Positions 48,204 through 57,024 of a DNA stretch of 64,000 nt are shown here, one piece after another (the stretch's first letter is position 1; each line of letters starts with the position of its first letter). The translations under genes were made by a program, and so were the position numbers. Source of the stretch: a virus (taxonomy: Duplodnaviria > Caudoviricetes); the IMG/VR virus record IMGVR_UViG_3300027813_000007, positions 35,701 through 99,700 of that record; one strand, given 5' to 3'. The notes under the pieces are model-generated. The model saw only the letters and a program-made list of their open reading frames with translations, did no database searches and was not told where the DNA came from.

Positions 48204-48234
48204 AACCTCAGTCCTAACCGACTGAGGTTTTTTT
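48204..48234 (+). terminator. intrinsic terminator closing the ncRNA
   Basis: AACCTCAGTC-CTAACC-GACTGAGGTT-T5. Confidence 0.88.
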
Positions 48235-48298
48235 ATGCTCAATAATTAGTATATGTGTAAAATATTGCTTATATTTGTATAAATAAAAAAATAAAATT

Positions 48299-48628
48299 AT
48301 GGAAGGAATTATCACATTAGTCATTATCGGTTTCGTTTTAACGTTTGGTTCACAACTATTAAAAGGTATTGGAAATATCTTTGCAGCTTCAGGTAGGATT
48401 GGAGGTTGGATAGTTGGAATTATCTTAGTTGTGTTCTTATTAAAAACACTTGTTTTTAGTTCAACACCCGAATATGTAGAACTTGGTTCAGGTGAACCTG
48501 GTAGTGTAGAGCATTTTATAGAGGAGACAGGTGCTGATGGCTCCACTCTTGTTAATGGTGTTATTATGTATGACGGTGACGGTTATAAATGGGATGATAA
48601 CGAAAAAGAATACGTTGAAAATGAATAA
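48299..48628 (+). CDS. two-TM membrane protein
   Basis: hydrophobic N-half; TATATTTG promoter element at 48270. Confidence 0.65.
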   Translation: MEGIITLVIIGFVLTFGSQLLKGIGNIFAASGRIGGWIVGIILVVFLLKTLVFSSTPEYVELGSGEPGSVEHFIEETGADGSTLVNGVIMYDGDGYKWDDNEKEYVENE

Positions 48629-48676
48629 TAACCAAAAGTAATAGGGTAAATCAATAATTAAACGTATATTTGTAAT

Positions 48677-48952
48677 ATGGAAAAAGGAGATAAAATAAAA
48701 GATATTAAAAACGGTTCAATACACATTATTGAATCTATTGAATCATTTGATGGGGACACTATAATTTTTACTGAGGACAGTAAATGTTTACCGATTAAAG
48801 ATGTGTGTGAATTTAAAATGTGTGATGAGATTAAAGAAGTTCTAACTAATAACCCTGAAATTATAGATGATTATTTAACGGAGACATACGTTAAACCGTA
48901 TCAAGAGTATTTTAATAAATTAAAAGAAAAATATGAAAACGATAAAAATTGA
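48677..48952 (+). CDS. hypothetical protein (SH3/KOW-like N-terminus)
   Basis: KGDKIKD..HIIESIESFDG..IFTED; resembles ORF 49536; TATATTTG at 48665. Confidence 0.6.
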   Translation: MEKGDKIKDIKNGSIHIIESIESFDGDTIIFTEDSKCLPIKDVCEFKMCDEIKEVLTNNPEIIDDYLTETYVKPYQEYFNKLKEKYENDKN

Positions 48953-49187
48953 ACACCCAAAGTACGGAATCCTTCAAGCAAAAAGTTTTGATGATGATAT
49001 ACAATTTAAGATTTATATTAAGATGGTTCACTCTTGTTTGGAACTTAAAGAGGATTTAACCACTTCCAACGGTAAAGATTTTCTTCTTCACATACCATAC
49101 GAATTATTAAGGTCTTCAATGGTAATAGGTAATGTCGAAAAAATTAGTTTAGCTGAGTACGCAATTCAAAAATCTAAAACACATTAA
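48933..49187 (+). CDS. hypothetical protein
   Basis: 84-aa ORF. Confidence 0.6.
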   Translation: MKTIKIEHPKYGILQAKSFDDDIQFKIYIKMVHSCLELKEDLTTSNGKDFLLHIPYELLRSSMVIGNVEKISLAEYAIQKSKTH

Positions 49188-49189
49188 AA

Positions 49190-49543
49190 ATGGTAAAAAT
49201 AATTAATAATTTATGGAGTATGATTAAGATGGTTCTAATCTTAATCTTTATGTTAATCACAGTTAAGTTTGTTGGTACAGATAAACTTGTAGAGGTAGGT
49301 CTTATTTGTCTCGGATTCTACTTCTCATACAAAGTCATAGATTTATTATCGGTGTACCTTAAAAACAAGATAAACGGTTTTAAAGTGGATAAAACAGTTA
49401 AAGTTGTTGAGGAAATAAATCCTGAGGTTAAATATATTGAAGGATTAATCAATGAGATTAAGAAAAAGACTAAGAAAACGATAAAGGATAAAAATACATT
49501 AGACCTTTTAGGTATTAAACTAAAACAACTTAGAAATGTTTAA
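49190..49543 (+). CDS. membrane protein
   Basis: two hydrophobic segments. Confidence 0.6.
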   Translation: MVKIINNLWSMIKMVLILIFMLITVKFVGTDKLVEVGLICLGFYFSYKVIDLLSVYLKNKINGFKVDKTVKVVEEINPEVKYIEGLINEIKKKTKKTIKDKNTLDLLGIKLKQLRNV

Positions 49544-49727
49544 GGTAGGTGATTATGTAGTACCTAAAGATGAGAAGGTAATTAAAGTTATTCATGAAAT
49601 AGAGGATATTTTTGGTGAGTTAATACTTTACATGACCGATAATACTTCTTATCATATAAAACAAATTATGACTATCGATGAAGTAGTTAAAGAAGATAAA
49701 AATTATAAAAAAAGTTTTAAATTATGA
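49536..49727 (+). CDS. small hypothetical protein
   Basis: MFKVGDYV; similar to ORF 48677. Confidence 0.55.
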   Translation: MFKVGDYVVPKDEKVIKVIHEIEDIFGELILYMTDNTSYHIKQIMTIDEVVKEDKNYKKSFKL

Positions 49728-50203
49728 GTGAAAAGAAAGAGATTATAGGGTTTACTGCCGGTAATTTTGATTTAATGCACCCTGGTTACATTTATACGTT
49801 TGAAGACGCGAAAAAACATTGTGATAAATTCATAGTATTTTTACAAAAGGACCCGTCATTACACAGGAAATCTAAGTATAAGCCAGTAGTGCCATTATAT
49901 GAAAGATATAGAACATTAATGTCGATTCAATATATTGACGAAGTATATGTTTACCAAACTGAAGAAGAGTTATATGGGTTAATTGATTATTTTAAGCCGG
50001 ATATAAGAATTTTAGGTGAAGACTATATAGGTAAATCTTTTACCGGCGATGACTTACCACCTAAAGTAATATATACAAGTCGAGCTCATGGATGGTCAAC
50101 AACGAGAATGAAAGACATGATTGCGATGCAGACAATCAAACAAAATCCTGAAGTAGTACAAGATGCAAATTATTTTGAACGTAAATTAGGGATGGATGAT
50201 TAG
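49724..50203 (+). CDS. cytidylyltransferase (TagD/RfaE-like)
   Basis: AGNFDLMHPGY, YERY..L.SI.YIDEV, LGEDY, WSTT. Confidence 0.85.
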   Translation: MSEKKEIIGFTAGNFDLMHPGYIYTFEDAKKHCDKFIVFLQKDPSLHRKSKYKPVVPLYERYRTLMSIQYIDEVYVYQTEEELYGLIDYFKPDIRILGEDYIGKSFTGDDLPPKVIYTSRAHGWSTTRMKDMIAMQTIKQNPEVVQDANYFERKLGMDD

Positions 50204-50354
50204 TAATGGTGGTGGTGAGCAAGGTAATGGTAATTCTAACTCACAAATAAATGACGCGAGGAGTACATTTAACGTTAGAGTGGCTAGAATGTCAATTTTA
50301 GGTAAAACTAAAAAGGTTCAATGGGACTCTAAACGAAGACATCGTACAATTTAA
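50196..50354 (+). CDS. small basic hypothetical protein; absent from ORF track
   Basis: 52 aa MISNGGGEQGNG...QWDSKRRHRTI overlapping the upstream stop. Confidence 0.4.
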   Translation: MISNGGGEQGNGNSNSQINDARSTFNVRVARMSILGKTKKVQWDSKRRHRTI

Positions 50355-50389
50355 TTTGACAAATAGTTTTATTATTGTTAAATTAATAA

Positions 50390-50518
50390 TGGATAAAATA
50401 TGAGAAGGTTAAGGAAAGATAGATTTCCCTATTAGATTAAATAGGGTGGTGGAGTTTGTCCGACAGCCAAAAATAAGGTCGGTCCCAGAAAGGGTGAGGA
50501 GAAATCTTCACCTTTTTT
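50390..50518 (+). ncRNA. candidate small RNA
   Basis: TTGACA(50356)-17-TAAATT promoter, two hairpins, terminator, no substantial ORF. Confidence 0.4.
50489..50518 (+). terminator. intrinsic terminator with GAAA loop
   Basis: AAGGGTGAGGA-GAAA-TCTTCACCTTTTTT. Confidence 0.85.
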
Positions 50519-50576
50519 ATTTTTATAAACTATATTTTATGTTATTACTTATATTTATAATAAAAGAATACAAGAC

Positions 50577-50876
50577 ATGTCAAATATTATTATAACAGAA
50601 ACCCAACTACGTAAGTTAAAATCAAATATTAACGAGAAGTCCCATAAAGGTTCTTATATGGCCAAACAACAATTATTTACTATTGCGACATTAGCCTATA
50701 AAATGTGGGAACAGATGGAAGACGGTGAACAAATTGATGATTGGATGGAAAGTAAAGTTGCTCAATCAGAACAGAGTTTAGTTTCAGTTGTTAAATCTTT
50801 TATGTACGATGAGGCTGAGGAAGGTTTACAGGGTATGGAAAAATTAAATTATGATGAGTTAGTTATTGGAACATAA
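50577..50876 (+). CDS. putative virion internal protein with 'IIITETQL' leader
   Basis: YMAKQQL..DDWMESKVAQ; TATTTATA at 50552. Confidence 0.65.
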   Translation: MSNIIITETQLRKLKSNINEKSHKGSYMAKQQLFTIATLAYKMWEQMEDGEQIDDWMESKVAQSEQSLVSVVKSFMYDEAEEGLQGMEKLNYDELVIGT

Positions 50877-50901
50877 ATAACATATTTCATTGACAAATTA
50901 T

Positions 50902-50934
50902 AACCTTTCTTCTATTTTAGAGGAAAGGTTTTTT
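50902..50934 (+). terminator. intrinsic terminator
   Basis: AACCTTTCTTCTA/TAGAGGAAAGGTT-T4. Confidence 0.7.
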
Positions 50935-50958
50935 AATGCCTTAAAAAAATATAAAATT

Positions 50959-51171
50959 ATGATAAAACTAACATTTAACACAAGTAAACATACGATGGTT
51001 TATAAACCTGATATGGATAAAACACATATAATAGAATATACAAACGTTACAACAATTAAAGATTACGATAACTATTATGAGGTAAGACAAAAACAACCAC
51101 CAACAGGTGCCAGTGTACCGATTATTAGGGTACCTATTAAATCAACGATAATTGAGTATATCCACAGTTAA
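50959..51171 (+). CDS. hypothetical protein
   Basis: ATG at 50959 after an A-rich leader. Confidence 0.55.
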   Translation: MIKLTFNTSKHTMVYKPDMDKTHIIEYTNVTTIKDYDNYYEVRQKQPPTGASVPIIRVPIKSTIIEYIHS

Positions 51172-51181
51172 TAACTAACCT

Positions 51182-52243
51182 ATGAATTCATTAGATAATC
51201 AATATAAGAAACTTTTAGAGTCGATATTAGAGTATGGTATAGAAAAATCTGATAGAACAGGGACAGGTACTAAATCTATTTTTGGATACACTATCAGACA
51301 TAATATGAAAGATGGGTTTCCTTTGTTAACCACAAAGAAGATATCAGTCAAAACTATGATGACTGAATTAAAGTGGTTCTTAAAAGGTGATACTAATATT
51401 AAATATTTGGTTGATAACAATTGTAATATTTGGAATGGTGATGCATTCAAAAACTATATCAGTAAAACTAATGAGTTCAAAGGTGATTGGCCAGATACAA
51501 TGGAATCATTTATTGAGCGAATCAAAACAGATGATAAGTTTGCGACAAAGTGGGGGGAATTAGGTCCGATATATGGGGCACAATGGAGAAATTGGTTCCA
51601 AGAAGGTGAGCAAATATTTGAGGGCGATACTTTGCAAAGTTATACTGAAAAAGGTATTGACCAAATTAAAACACTTATTGATGATATTAAAACAAATCCT
51701 GACTCACGTAGACTTATAGTTAACGCTTGGAATGTGGGGGAATTAAGTTTAATGACTTTACCTCCATGTCATTATGGATTTCAAGTATATACTAGAGAAT
51801 TAACAATTAAAGAGCGATATGATTACTGGTTTACTAATAATTATGAAACGGGAATGGAGAGATATTTTAACCCTAATAACTTACCTGACTTTAATGACAC
51901 GAGACATTACCCAACACCAACAAGAGCAATCTCACTAATGTGGAATCAACGCTCAGTAGATACATTTTTAGGTTTACCATTTAATATTTCGAGTTACGGA
52001 GCGCTACTTTGTTTAATTGCGGAAGAAGTATTTATGGTTCCCGATGAATTGATTGGTAATTTAGGTGACACTCATTTATATTTGAATCATATTGAACAAA
52101 CTAAAGAACAAATTGGTAGAGAATCATTTAATAATTTACCTCATATTAACTTCTCTAAAGTTAATATTTTAAAAGGTGAGTTTGATTATGAGGTTATTAA
52201 TTATAATTACCATCCAACGATTAAAGCCCCCTTAAATAATTAA
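51182..52243 (+). CDS. thyA: thymidylate synthase
   Basis: DRTGTGT, FPLLTTK, ELKWFL, GPIYGAQWR, SRRLIV.AWN, LPPCH, QRSVDTFLGLPFN, HLYLNH. Confidence 0.95.
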   Translation: MNSLDNQYKKLLESILEYGIEKSDRTGTGTKSIFGYTIRHNMKDGFPLLTTKKISVKTMMTELKWFLKGDTNIKYLVDNNCNIWNGDAFKNYISKTNEFKGDWPDTMESFIERIKTDDKFATKWGELGPIYGAQWRNWFQEGEQIFEGDTLQSYTEKGIDQIKTLIDDIKTNPDSRRLIVNAWNVGELSLMTLPPCHYGFQVYTRELTIKERYDYWFTNNYETGMERYFNPNNLPDFNDTRHYPTPTRAISLMWNQRSVDTFLGLPFNISSYGALLCLIAEEVFMVPDELIGNLGDTHLYLNHIEQTKEQIGRESFNNLPHINFSKVNILKGEFDYEVINYNYHPTIKAPLNN

Positions 52244-52246
52244 AGA

Positions 52247-52447
52247 ATGGAACGTAAAAGACTCATTGAAAATATTGAAAGAGAAGACGTATGGGATAAA
52301 TATAAATATGTGTACGCAGATAGGTTATTAAAGGAGTATGACTCAGAATCAGTTAGAAAGTACTTGAGGAATAAATCTAAAACAACAGGTGATTACTACT
52401 ATTGTTCAATATTAAAAGAAACTAATAATGGAGAAGAATATAGTTAA
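52247..52447 (+). CDS. hypothetical protein
   Basis: 66-aa ORF. Confidence 0.5.
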   Translation: MERKRLIENIEREDVWDKYKYVYADRLLKEYDSESVRKYLRNKSKTTGDYYYCSILKETNNGEEYS

Positions 52448-52832
52448 TTTTATTCAAAAATACTATAGTATTGAAATAAATGGTAACAAACAAATTTTTC
52501 TAAGGGATATATTTGAAGATGACTCTGAAACGTACTCGATAGAAATAACTGATAAAGTTGAATTTATTTGGGGTAGAGCTAAAAGTGTTACTGGTGTAGA
52601 TTTGCAAAATAAAGAATACACATATATACAAAAAATAATAAAAGAGGTTTTTAGGTCTAAACAAAGTATGGATTTTTACGAGTTTATGTTGAATGAAATA
52701 CGAGAAGTAGAGAGGATAAACCAACATAAAGGTTTAGTTATTCCTTTAAAAGAAATTAAATATGAGTTCCCTAATTTATACGGAGATAATTTGGGTAAGA
52801 TAATATCTGAAAACAATAAAAAAAATGACTAA
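52428..52832 (+). CDS. hypothetical protein
   Basis: 134-aa ORF. Confidence 0.55.
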   Translation: MEKNIVNFIQKYYSIEINGNKQIFLRDIFEDDSETYSIEITDKVEFIWGRAKSVTGVDLQNKEYTYIQKIIKEVFRSKQSMDFYEFMLNEIREVERINQHKGLVIPLKEIKYEFPNLYGDNLGKIISENNKKND

Positions 52833-53415
52833 AGATTATAAACATTTAAAATTAATTATTGGTGACTATAAAAAAATTATAGTTACGGGTCCTCATGGTG
52901 CAGGTAATAAAATAGCGACTAAGATAATATCTCATGATTTTAAATTGGAAGAAAAAAGAGGAGAAGACGCTTGGAGCTTAGATGGATATAATGATGATGA
53001 TGGTTTACTTAAGTTTTATGATAAAAATAAAGATAATAAGTTTGTTTCATTTGGACCATCACAGTCCTGTCACTTACATAGAATAAATAATACGTTAAAA
53101 GATGTGTTAGTGGTTTTTATGTACAAAGATATGAGTACGATAGAGCGTTACTCAGAAAGAAACCCATTTGTTAAGGAACAGAGTCACAAATATGAGTGGA
53201 GCGTCTATAATCAAATGGTGATGGAAGACTTCCCCCATAGCGCGACATACCTCAGTAAAAGTATTGAACAATTAACGTATCATATTTGGGAGAACCACCA
53301 AAGAGAATTAGTACCAAACTGGATTGAATTAAATCATAGTTCATTGGAAGGTCACGAATTATGGGTAAATAAAGAGGATAGAAAAGATTTTACAGAGCAA
53401 CAAACTAAGATTTAA
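52825..53415 (+). CDS. P-loop / sulfotransferase-like protein
   Basis: IIVTGPHGAGNK near the N-terminus; VLVVFMYKD. Confidence 0.5.
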   Translation: MTKDYKHLKLIIGDYKKIIVTGPHGAGNKIATKIISHDFKLEEKRGEDAWSLDGYNDDDGLLKFYDKNKDNKFVSFGPSQSCHLHRINNTLKDVLVVFMYKDMSTIERYSERNPFVKEQSHKYEWSVYNQMVMEDFPHSATYLSKSIEQLTYHIWENHQRELVPNWIELNHSSLEGHELWVNKEDRKDFTEQQTKI

Positions 53416-53430
53416 GTATATTTATCTGTA

Positions 53431-54237
53431 ATGAAACTATTATCAATTATTGAGAATATAATCAAAGAAAACTACACAGGTGTAGACATAAGGATGTTTG
53501 CGTTATTTTCTCATATTTTTAGTATCTTAATAAAGAGTTTGAAACAAGGTACGATGGACAAGGATTACCAGGTCTTATCTATAAAATATAAAGACACTCA
53601 AACACAAAAACCTTTAGATTACTTTTATGAGTTTATAATTAAAAATCAAGAACAGTTTTTAAAGAGTGAGGAAAATTTACAGGAAGGTGACACTAAAAAG
53701 GAGACATTATTTAAATATTGGGATGACAAAGGTATTGATGCTAAACCAATTTACCATTATTTAAATATGGATTTTAATACCCTTACAGATTATAAGACGA
53801 TATTTAAATATAAGTTAGAGTATTTTGGTGGTTTAGATAACATGATTAAGATATTTGAAGATAGGTTAGACATAGGTAAACCTTTTAGATATTTCAGTGG
53901 TGGGTACGAAATTAACGGAGTAATTACTAGTTTTAAAGTTCATGTATCAAAATCTGAATTAGATGATAAGGAAGTTTATTATGAAGTTGATGCCGTAATT
54001 AATGGGGAAACATCTTCAGTTACATTACTCACTACAGGAGAAGATTATATGTTAGGTGATTTATGGAATAATAATACCGATTTAGACGAGGGTATCGTAG
54101 AGGAGGTAGGTTACGAAATTGGTGATGTATTAAAAGATTATGTCGATAGTAAAATTTATGACGTACTTGGTTTTAAATGTGATACTGCAGACTACAATGT
54201 AGTAGGTGGTGAAGAATTTAAAAAATCGATAGAATAG
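53431..54237 (+). CDS. hypothetical protein with 'LLSIIENIIKE' leader
   Basis: 268 aa; TATTTAT at 53419. Confidence 0.65.
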   Translation: MKLLSIIENIIKENYTGVDIRMFALFSHIFSILIKSLKQGTMDKDYQVLSIKYKDTQTQKPLDYFYEFIIKNQEQFLKSEENLQEGDTKKETLFKYWDDKGIDAKPIYHYLNMDFNTLTDYKTIFKYKLEYFGGLDNMIKIFEDRLDIGKPFRYFSGGYEINGVITSFKVHVSKSELDDKEVYYEVDAVINGETSSVTLLTTGEDYMLGDLWNNNTDLDEGIVEEVGYEIGDVLKDYVDSKIYDVLGFKCDTADYNVVGGEEFKKSIE

Positions 54238-54283
54238 TTGATTAATCTTATTTTTTAGTTTAACTTTGAATAAAACTAATTAT

Positions 54284-54676
54284 ATGCAAATTACTCCTGA
54301 AATTTTAAAACAACTACAAACTTGTATGTATCCGTTTCGAACTATTGATGTTGGAGGTACTAAAGTATTGGAAAAGTATCCAGATTATGAAGATATACTT
54401 TCATGGTTAAGACGACAACATGTATATATAACATCATTACCATTTAGAAACGGTAGTGAAGGACCAAAATTATATTATTATTATTCAGTTATAGATGTTA
54501 ACGATTTCGAAAAAGAAGATGATATCTTATGTGATGAAACAAACTTGGGAGTATCAGATTTAGATTATGAAACATATGAGCAAGCCTTAATTTCAGGAAT
54601 AACAAGTTATTTAAGTTATAAGTCCAAAGACCTTAAATGGAAACGAGAGTTAATGTTTGGAGATAAAATCGTATAA
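54284..54676 (+). CDS. hypothetical phage protein
   Basis: P..EDILSWLRRQH, YETYEQAL..GI motifs; ATG at 54284. Confidence 0.6.
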   Translation: MQITPEILKQLQTCMYPFRTIDVGGTKVLEKYPDYEDILSWLRRQHVYITSLPFRNGSEGPKLYYYYSVIDVNDFEKEDDILCDETNLGVSDLDYETYEQALISGITSYLSYKSKDLKWKRELMFGDKIV

Positions 54677-54679
54677 TCA

Positions 54680-55345
54680 CTAAAATTTCTCTGAAGATAT
54701 TAATTCACTACCTTGTTCTTCAGTATTATATGCGAATTCAAAAATGAGTATATTTCTGTGTGGGTCAAATGTAAACTTAGCATGAGAACCTTCATTAATC
54801 TCCCAACCAGGATGTTGGTTTAGTAATCTAAGACATACTTCTTCCATTTGGTTTGAAGTGGTAATACTCTTACCATTTACGTCATCATTTGTGTCATGAA
54901 TCCAACCACTATCCCCACCAGCGTCTACATTAACTTCTAATATGTCGGACCCTTCATCGTTTAGGTAATCAAAGATAGGTTTAAATTCTTCAGGTTCTTC
55001 TTCCATCTCAATTACGGTTTCCTCAATTGGTTCAGTACCGTAAGAGGTATAAATACCAAATATCTCAACACTTCTAAATTCAGGATTTATCACTAATTCA
55101 TAACTGTAATATTCTTGGTCAGCCTCTTCATTCCAAGTGTCATCACCTACCGATTCTTCCATATACTCACTTAATTCACGCTCAACAGGGATTAAAAAGG
55201 GTATTGTTTTTGAGTTACTACCACATTCGTAACCATTATGGTAACTATTAAAGTCGTCCCCAAATTCAATGGATATTCTTTTACATCCCGACTTTATAAA
55301 CGAAGGGTTAATTAAATTAAATAGTACTTTATATTTCTGTTCCAT
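54680..55345 (-). CDS. DUF6878-like protein
   Basis: AGGDSGWI..GWEINEGS..F.FD. Confidence 0.6.
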   Translation of the reverse strand: MEQKYKVLFNLINPSFIKSGCKRISIEFGDDFNSYHNGYECGSNSKTIPFLIPVERELSEYMEESVGDDTWNEEADQEYYSYELVINPEFRSVEIFGIYTSYGTEPIEETVIEMEEEPEEFKPIFDYLNDEGSDILEVNVDAGGDSGWIHDTNDDVNGKSITTSNQMEEVCLRLLNQHPGWEINEGSHAKFTFDPHRNILIFEFAYNTEEQGSELISSEKF

Positions 55346-55366
55346 GATAGTTTTTATATATAAATA

Positions 55367-55720
55367 TTAGTCAGTGAACTTTAATTTTATAGTTTTCATC
55401 ATCCATAAAGGTTTTTCCTTAGAATTTAACGTATCTACCCATTCTTTTGCTGATGGAATATAATTATTACAATCTTCTTTAACGTGTTGTTCACCGATGT
55501 AACGAACGTAAACTTCTTTACCGTCTGAATTTAAGAATGACTCTCCAAAGATTTTCTCACATTCGAATATGCCTTCAGAGTGGTGTCTAAATACTCTATG
55601 AAAGGATGTACCAATCCATGATTTAGTTTCATCAAACCAATTATGAATATGTAGGTAGTCTTCAGGTTTACCACCAAACTGTTTAGCTGAAGATTTAGAA
55701 TGTAAAATAGGGTGTGACAT
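55367..55720 (-). CDS. DUF6915-like His-rich protein
   Basis: HPILHSKSS..FGG..DY..IH.WFDETK..HR.FRHHSEG..EQHVKED. Confidence 0.75.
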   Translation of the reverse strand: MSHPILHSKSSAKQFGGKPEDYLHIHNWFDETKSWIGTSFHRVFRHHSEGIFECEKIFGESFLNSDGKEVYVRYIGEQHVKEDCNNYIPSAKEWVDTLNSKEKPLWMMKTIKLKFTD

Positions 55721-55949
55721 AGACTTTAATATTAGTTCTTAATATATATAAATAAATAATTAACTATACACTAAGATGTTATATTTAGTACTTTTTTTAA
55801 AAAACAATAACGTATGATTGTAGTTAAGATAATTTTGGGAACTCTTTTAATTTCATGGGTATTTATAATCCATGAGATTATAACCGCACCTCTATGTGAT
55901 GAGTACGGTAACATAATAAATAAAAATAAAACAAAAAAATAAAAAAAAT

Positions 55950-56483
55950 ATGTCAACACCACATTTTAAAATTACAAATAGTACCAAAGTACCTGTTTGT
56001 TACGCGGTTTATGAACAACCGAAAATGAATAATAATCCTTCTAAGCATGGAGTATTAAAACCAGGAAGTACTAAAGAATGGAATTCCGGAGGTTTACCCG
56101 TAGGTAATTATGAAGTATGGGCCGTAGTAGTTGGAGATGCTCAAGACCATACCGAACTAACAAAGGTTGATGGAGACAAACCCATTTTCCCTGGAGAAGA
56201 TGTTATGAAAGTTTATTTTGAAGATGGTTTACAGAATTGGTTAGGAGAATTAGATAGAGATGATTTAGAAGCTTTTTCTGGAGATGATTTAAAACAAACA
56301 CTTGGAGAAGATATGACCGAATCTGTGTGTCCTACATTCTATTGGAATGGAACGTCTACACATCATGTACAAGTTACAGGTGGACCTCAACTTGTATTAG
56401 AAGAAGAAACAGGTAAATACCGAATGGGTAAACCTGAAGAAACTATTCAAGCAACCCCCCTTATTTGTTATAGAGCGGGATAA
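55950..56483 (+). CDS. hypothetical protein
   Basis: 177-aa ORF. Confidence 0.65.
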   Translation: MSTPHFKITNSTKVPVCYAVYEQPKMNNNPSKHGVLKPGSTKEWNSGGLPVGNYEVWAVVVGDAQDHTELTKVDGDKPIFPGEDVMKVYFEDGLQNWLGELDRDDLEAFSGDDLKQTLGEDMTESVCPTFYWNGTSTHHVQVTGGPQLVLEEETGKYRMGKPEETIQATPLICYRAG

Positions 56484-56513
56484 AATTAAAATTAAAACAA
56501 ATTAAAACAAATT

Positions 56514-56912
56514 ATGAAAAAGTTATTATTAATACTATTAGTTGCAATGTCATTTATGAGTTGCGAAAAAGAAACAGTAAATCCTCCAATCGAACCTAAT
56601 TATACGGTCGAAGGTAAATGGTTATGGTCTCCAGACCCCGAAGACAGAACATATGCTAATACAATGTTTGAATTCGTTGATGGTAATGTGTATACATCTT
56701 ATGCAGATTGCTGGCCTGAACTTTGTACTGATGCAGATTTTAATGTATTAGATAGTTCAGATAGAATTCCAGGTGTTGATACGTACACATTTGATGGAGA
56801 TACTTTAATATGGGATGAAATCTCACGGGTAGTTTCATTTGAATGTGATGGTGGTATAATGCTAACTGAAAATAGTTACAAACTTTGGAGGTTAAGTTCT
56901 GACTGCCAATAG
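56514..56912 (+). CDS. lipoprotein (lipocalin-like beta barrel)
   Basis: signal peptide + FMSC lipobox; VEGKW. Confidence 0.7.
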   Translation: MKKLLLILLVAMSFMSCEKETVNPPIEPNYTVEGKWLWSPDPEDRTYANTMFEFVDGNVYTSYADCWPELCTDADFNVLDSSDRIPGVDTYTFDGDTLIWDEISRVVSFECDGGIMLTENSYKLWRLSSDCQ

Positions 56913-57024
56913 TAAATTTTATATAGATATATAGATTAAAAATAAAAATAAAAAACAATTAAACATGCTCATCAACACGTTGGTGAGGAGACGATTAAAA
57001 TAAACGATTAAAATTAAAATTAAA

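Larger units (their letters stand above)
47320..48234 (+). ncRNA. large structured ncRNA, GOLLD-like candidate (~850 nt)
   Basis: ORF-free, GC-elevated, many hairpins including GCAA loops, long-range complementarity, bounded by a promoter and a terminator. Confidence 0.72.

Noticed and set aside
47320-48234. rRNA, tRNA, tmRNA, RNase P or intron identity for the large RNA
   Set aside because: No cloverleaf or T-loop arm, no rRNA universal motifs, no RNase P P4 signature, and no interrupted host gene seen by eye; a covariance search is still needed
51780-51920. Extra segment in ThyA as a possible intein or intron
   Set aside because: Short in-frame loop insertion without intein termini or stop codons
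56484-57024. Short AATTAAAA(C) repeats in intergenic DNA
   Set aside because: Low-complexity A-rich translation-initiation leaders typical of Bacteroidota; not a distinct element
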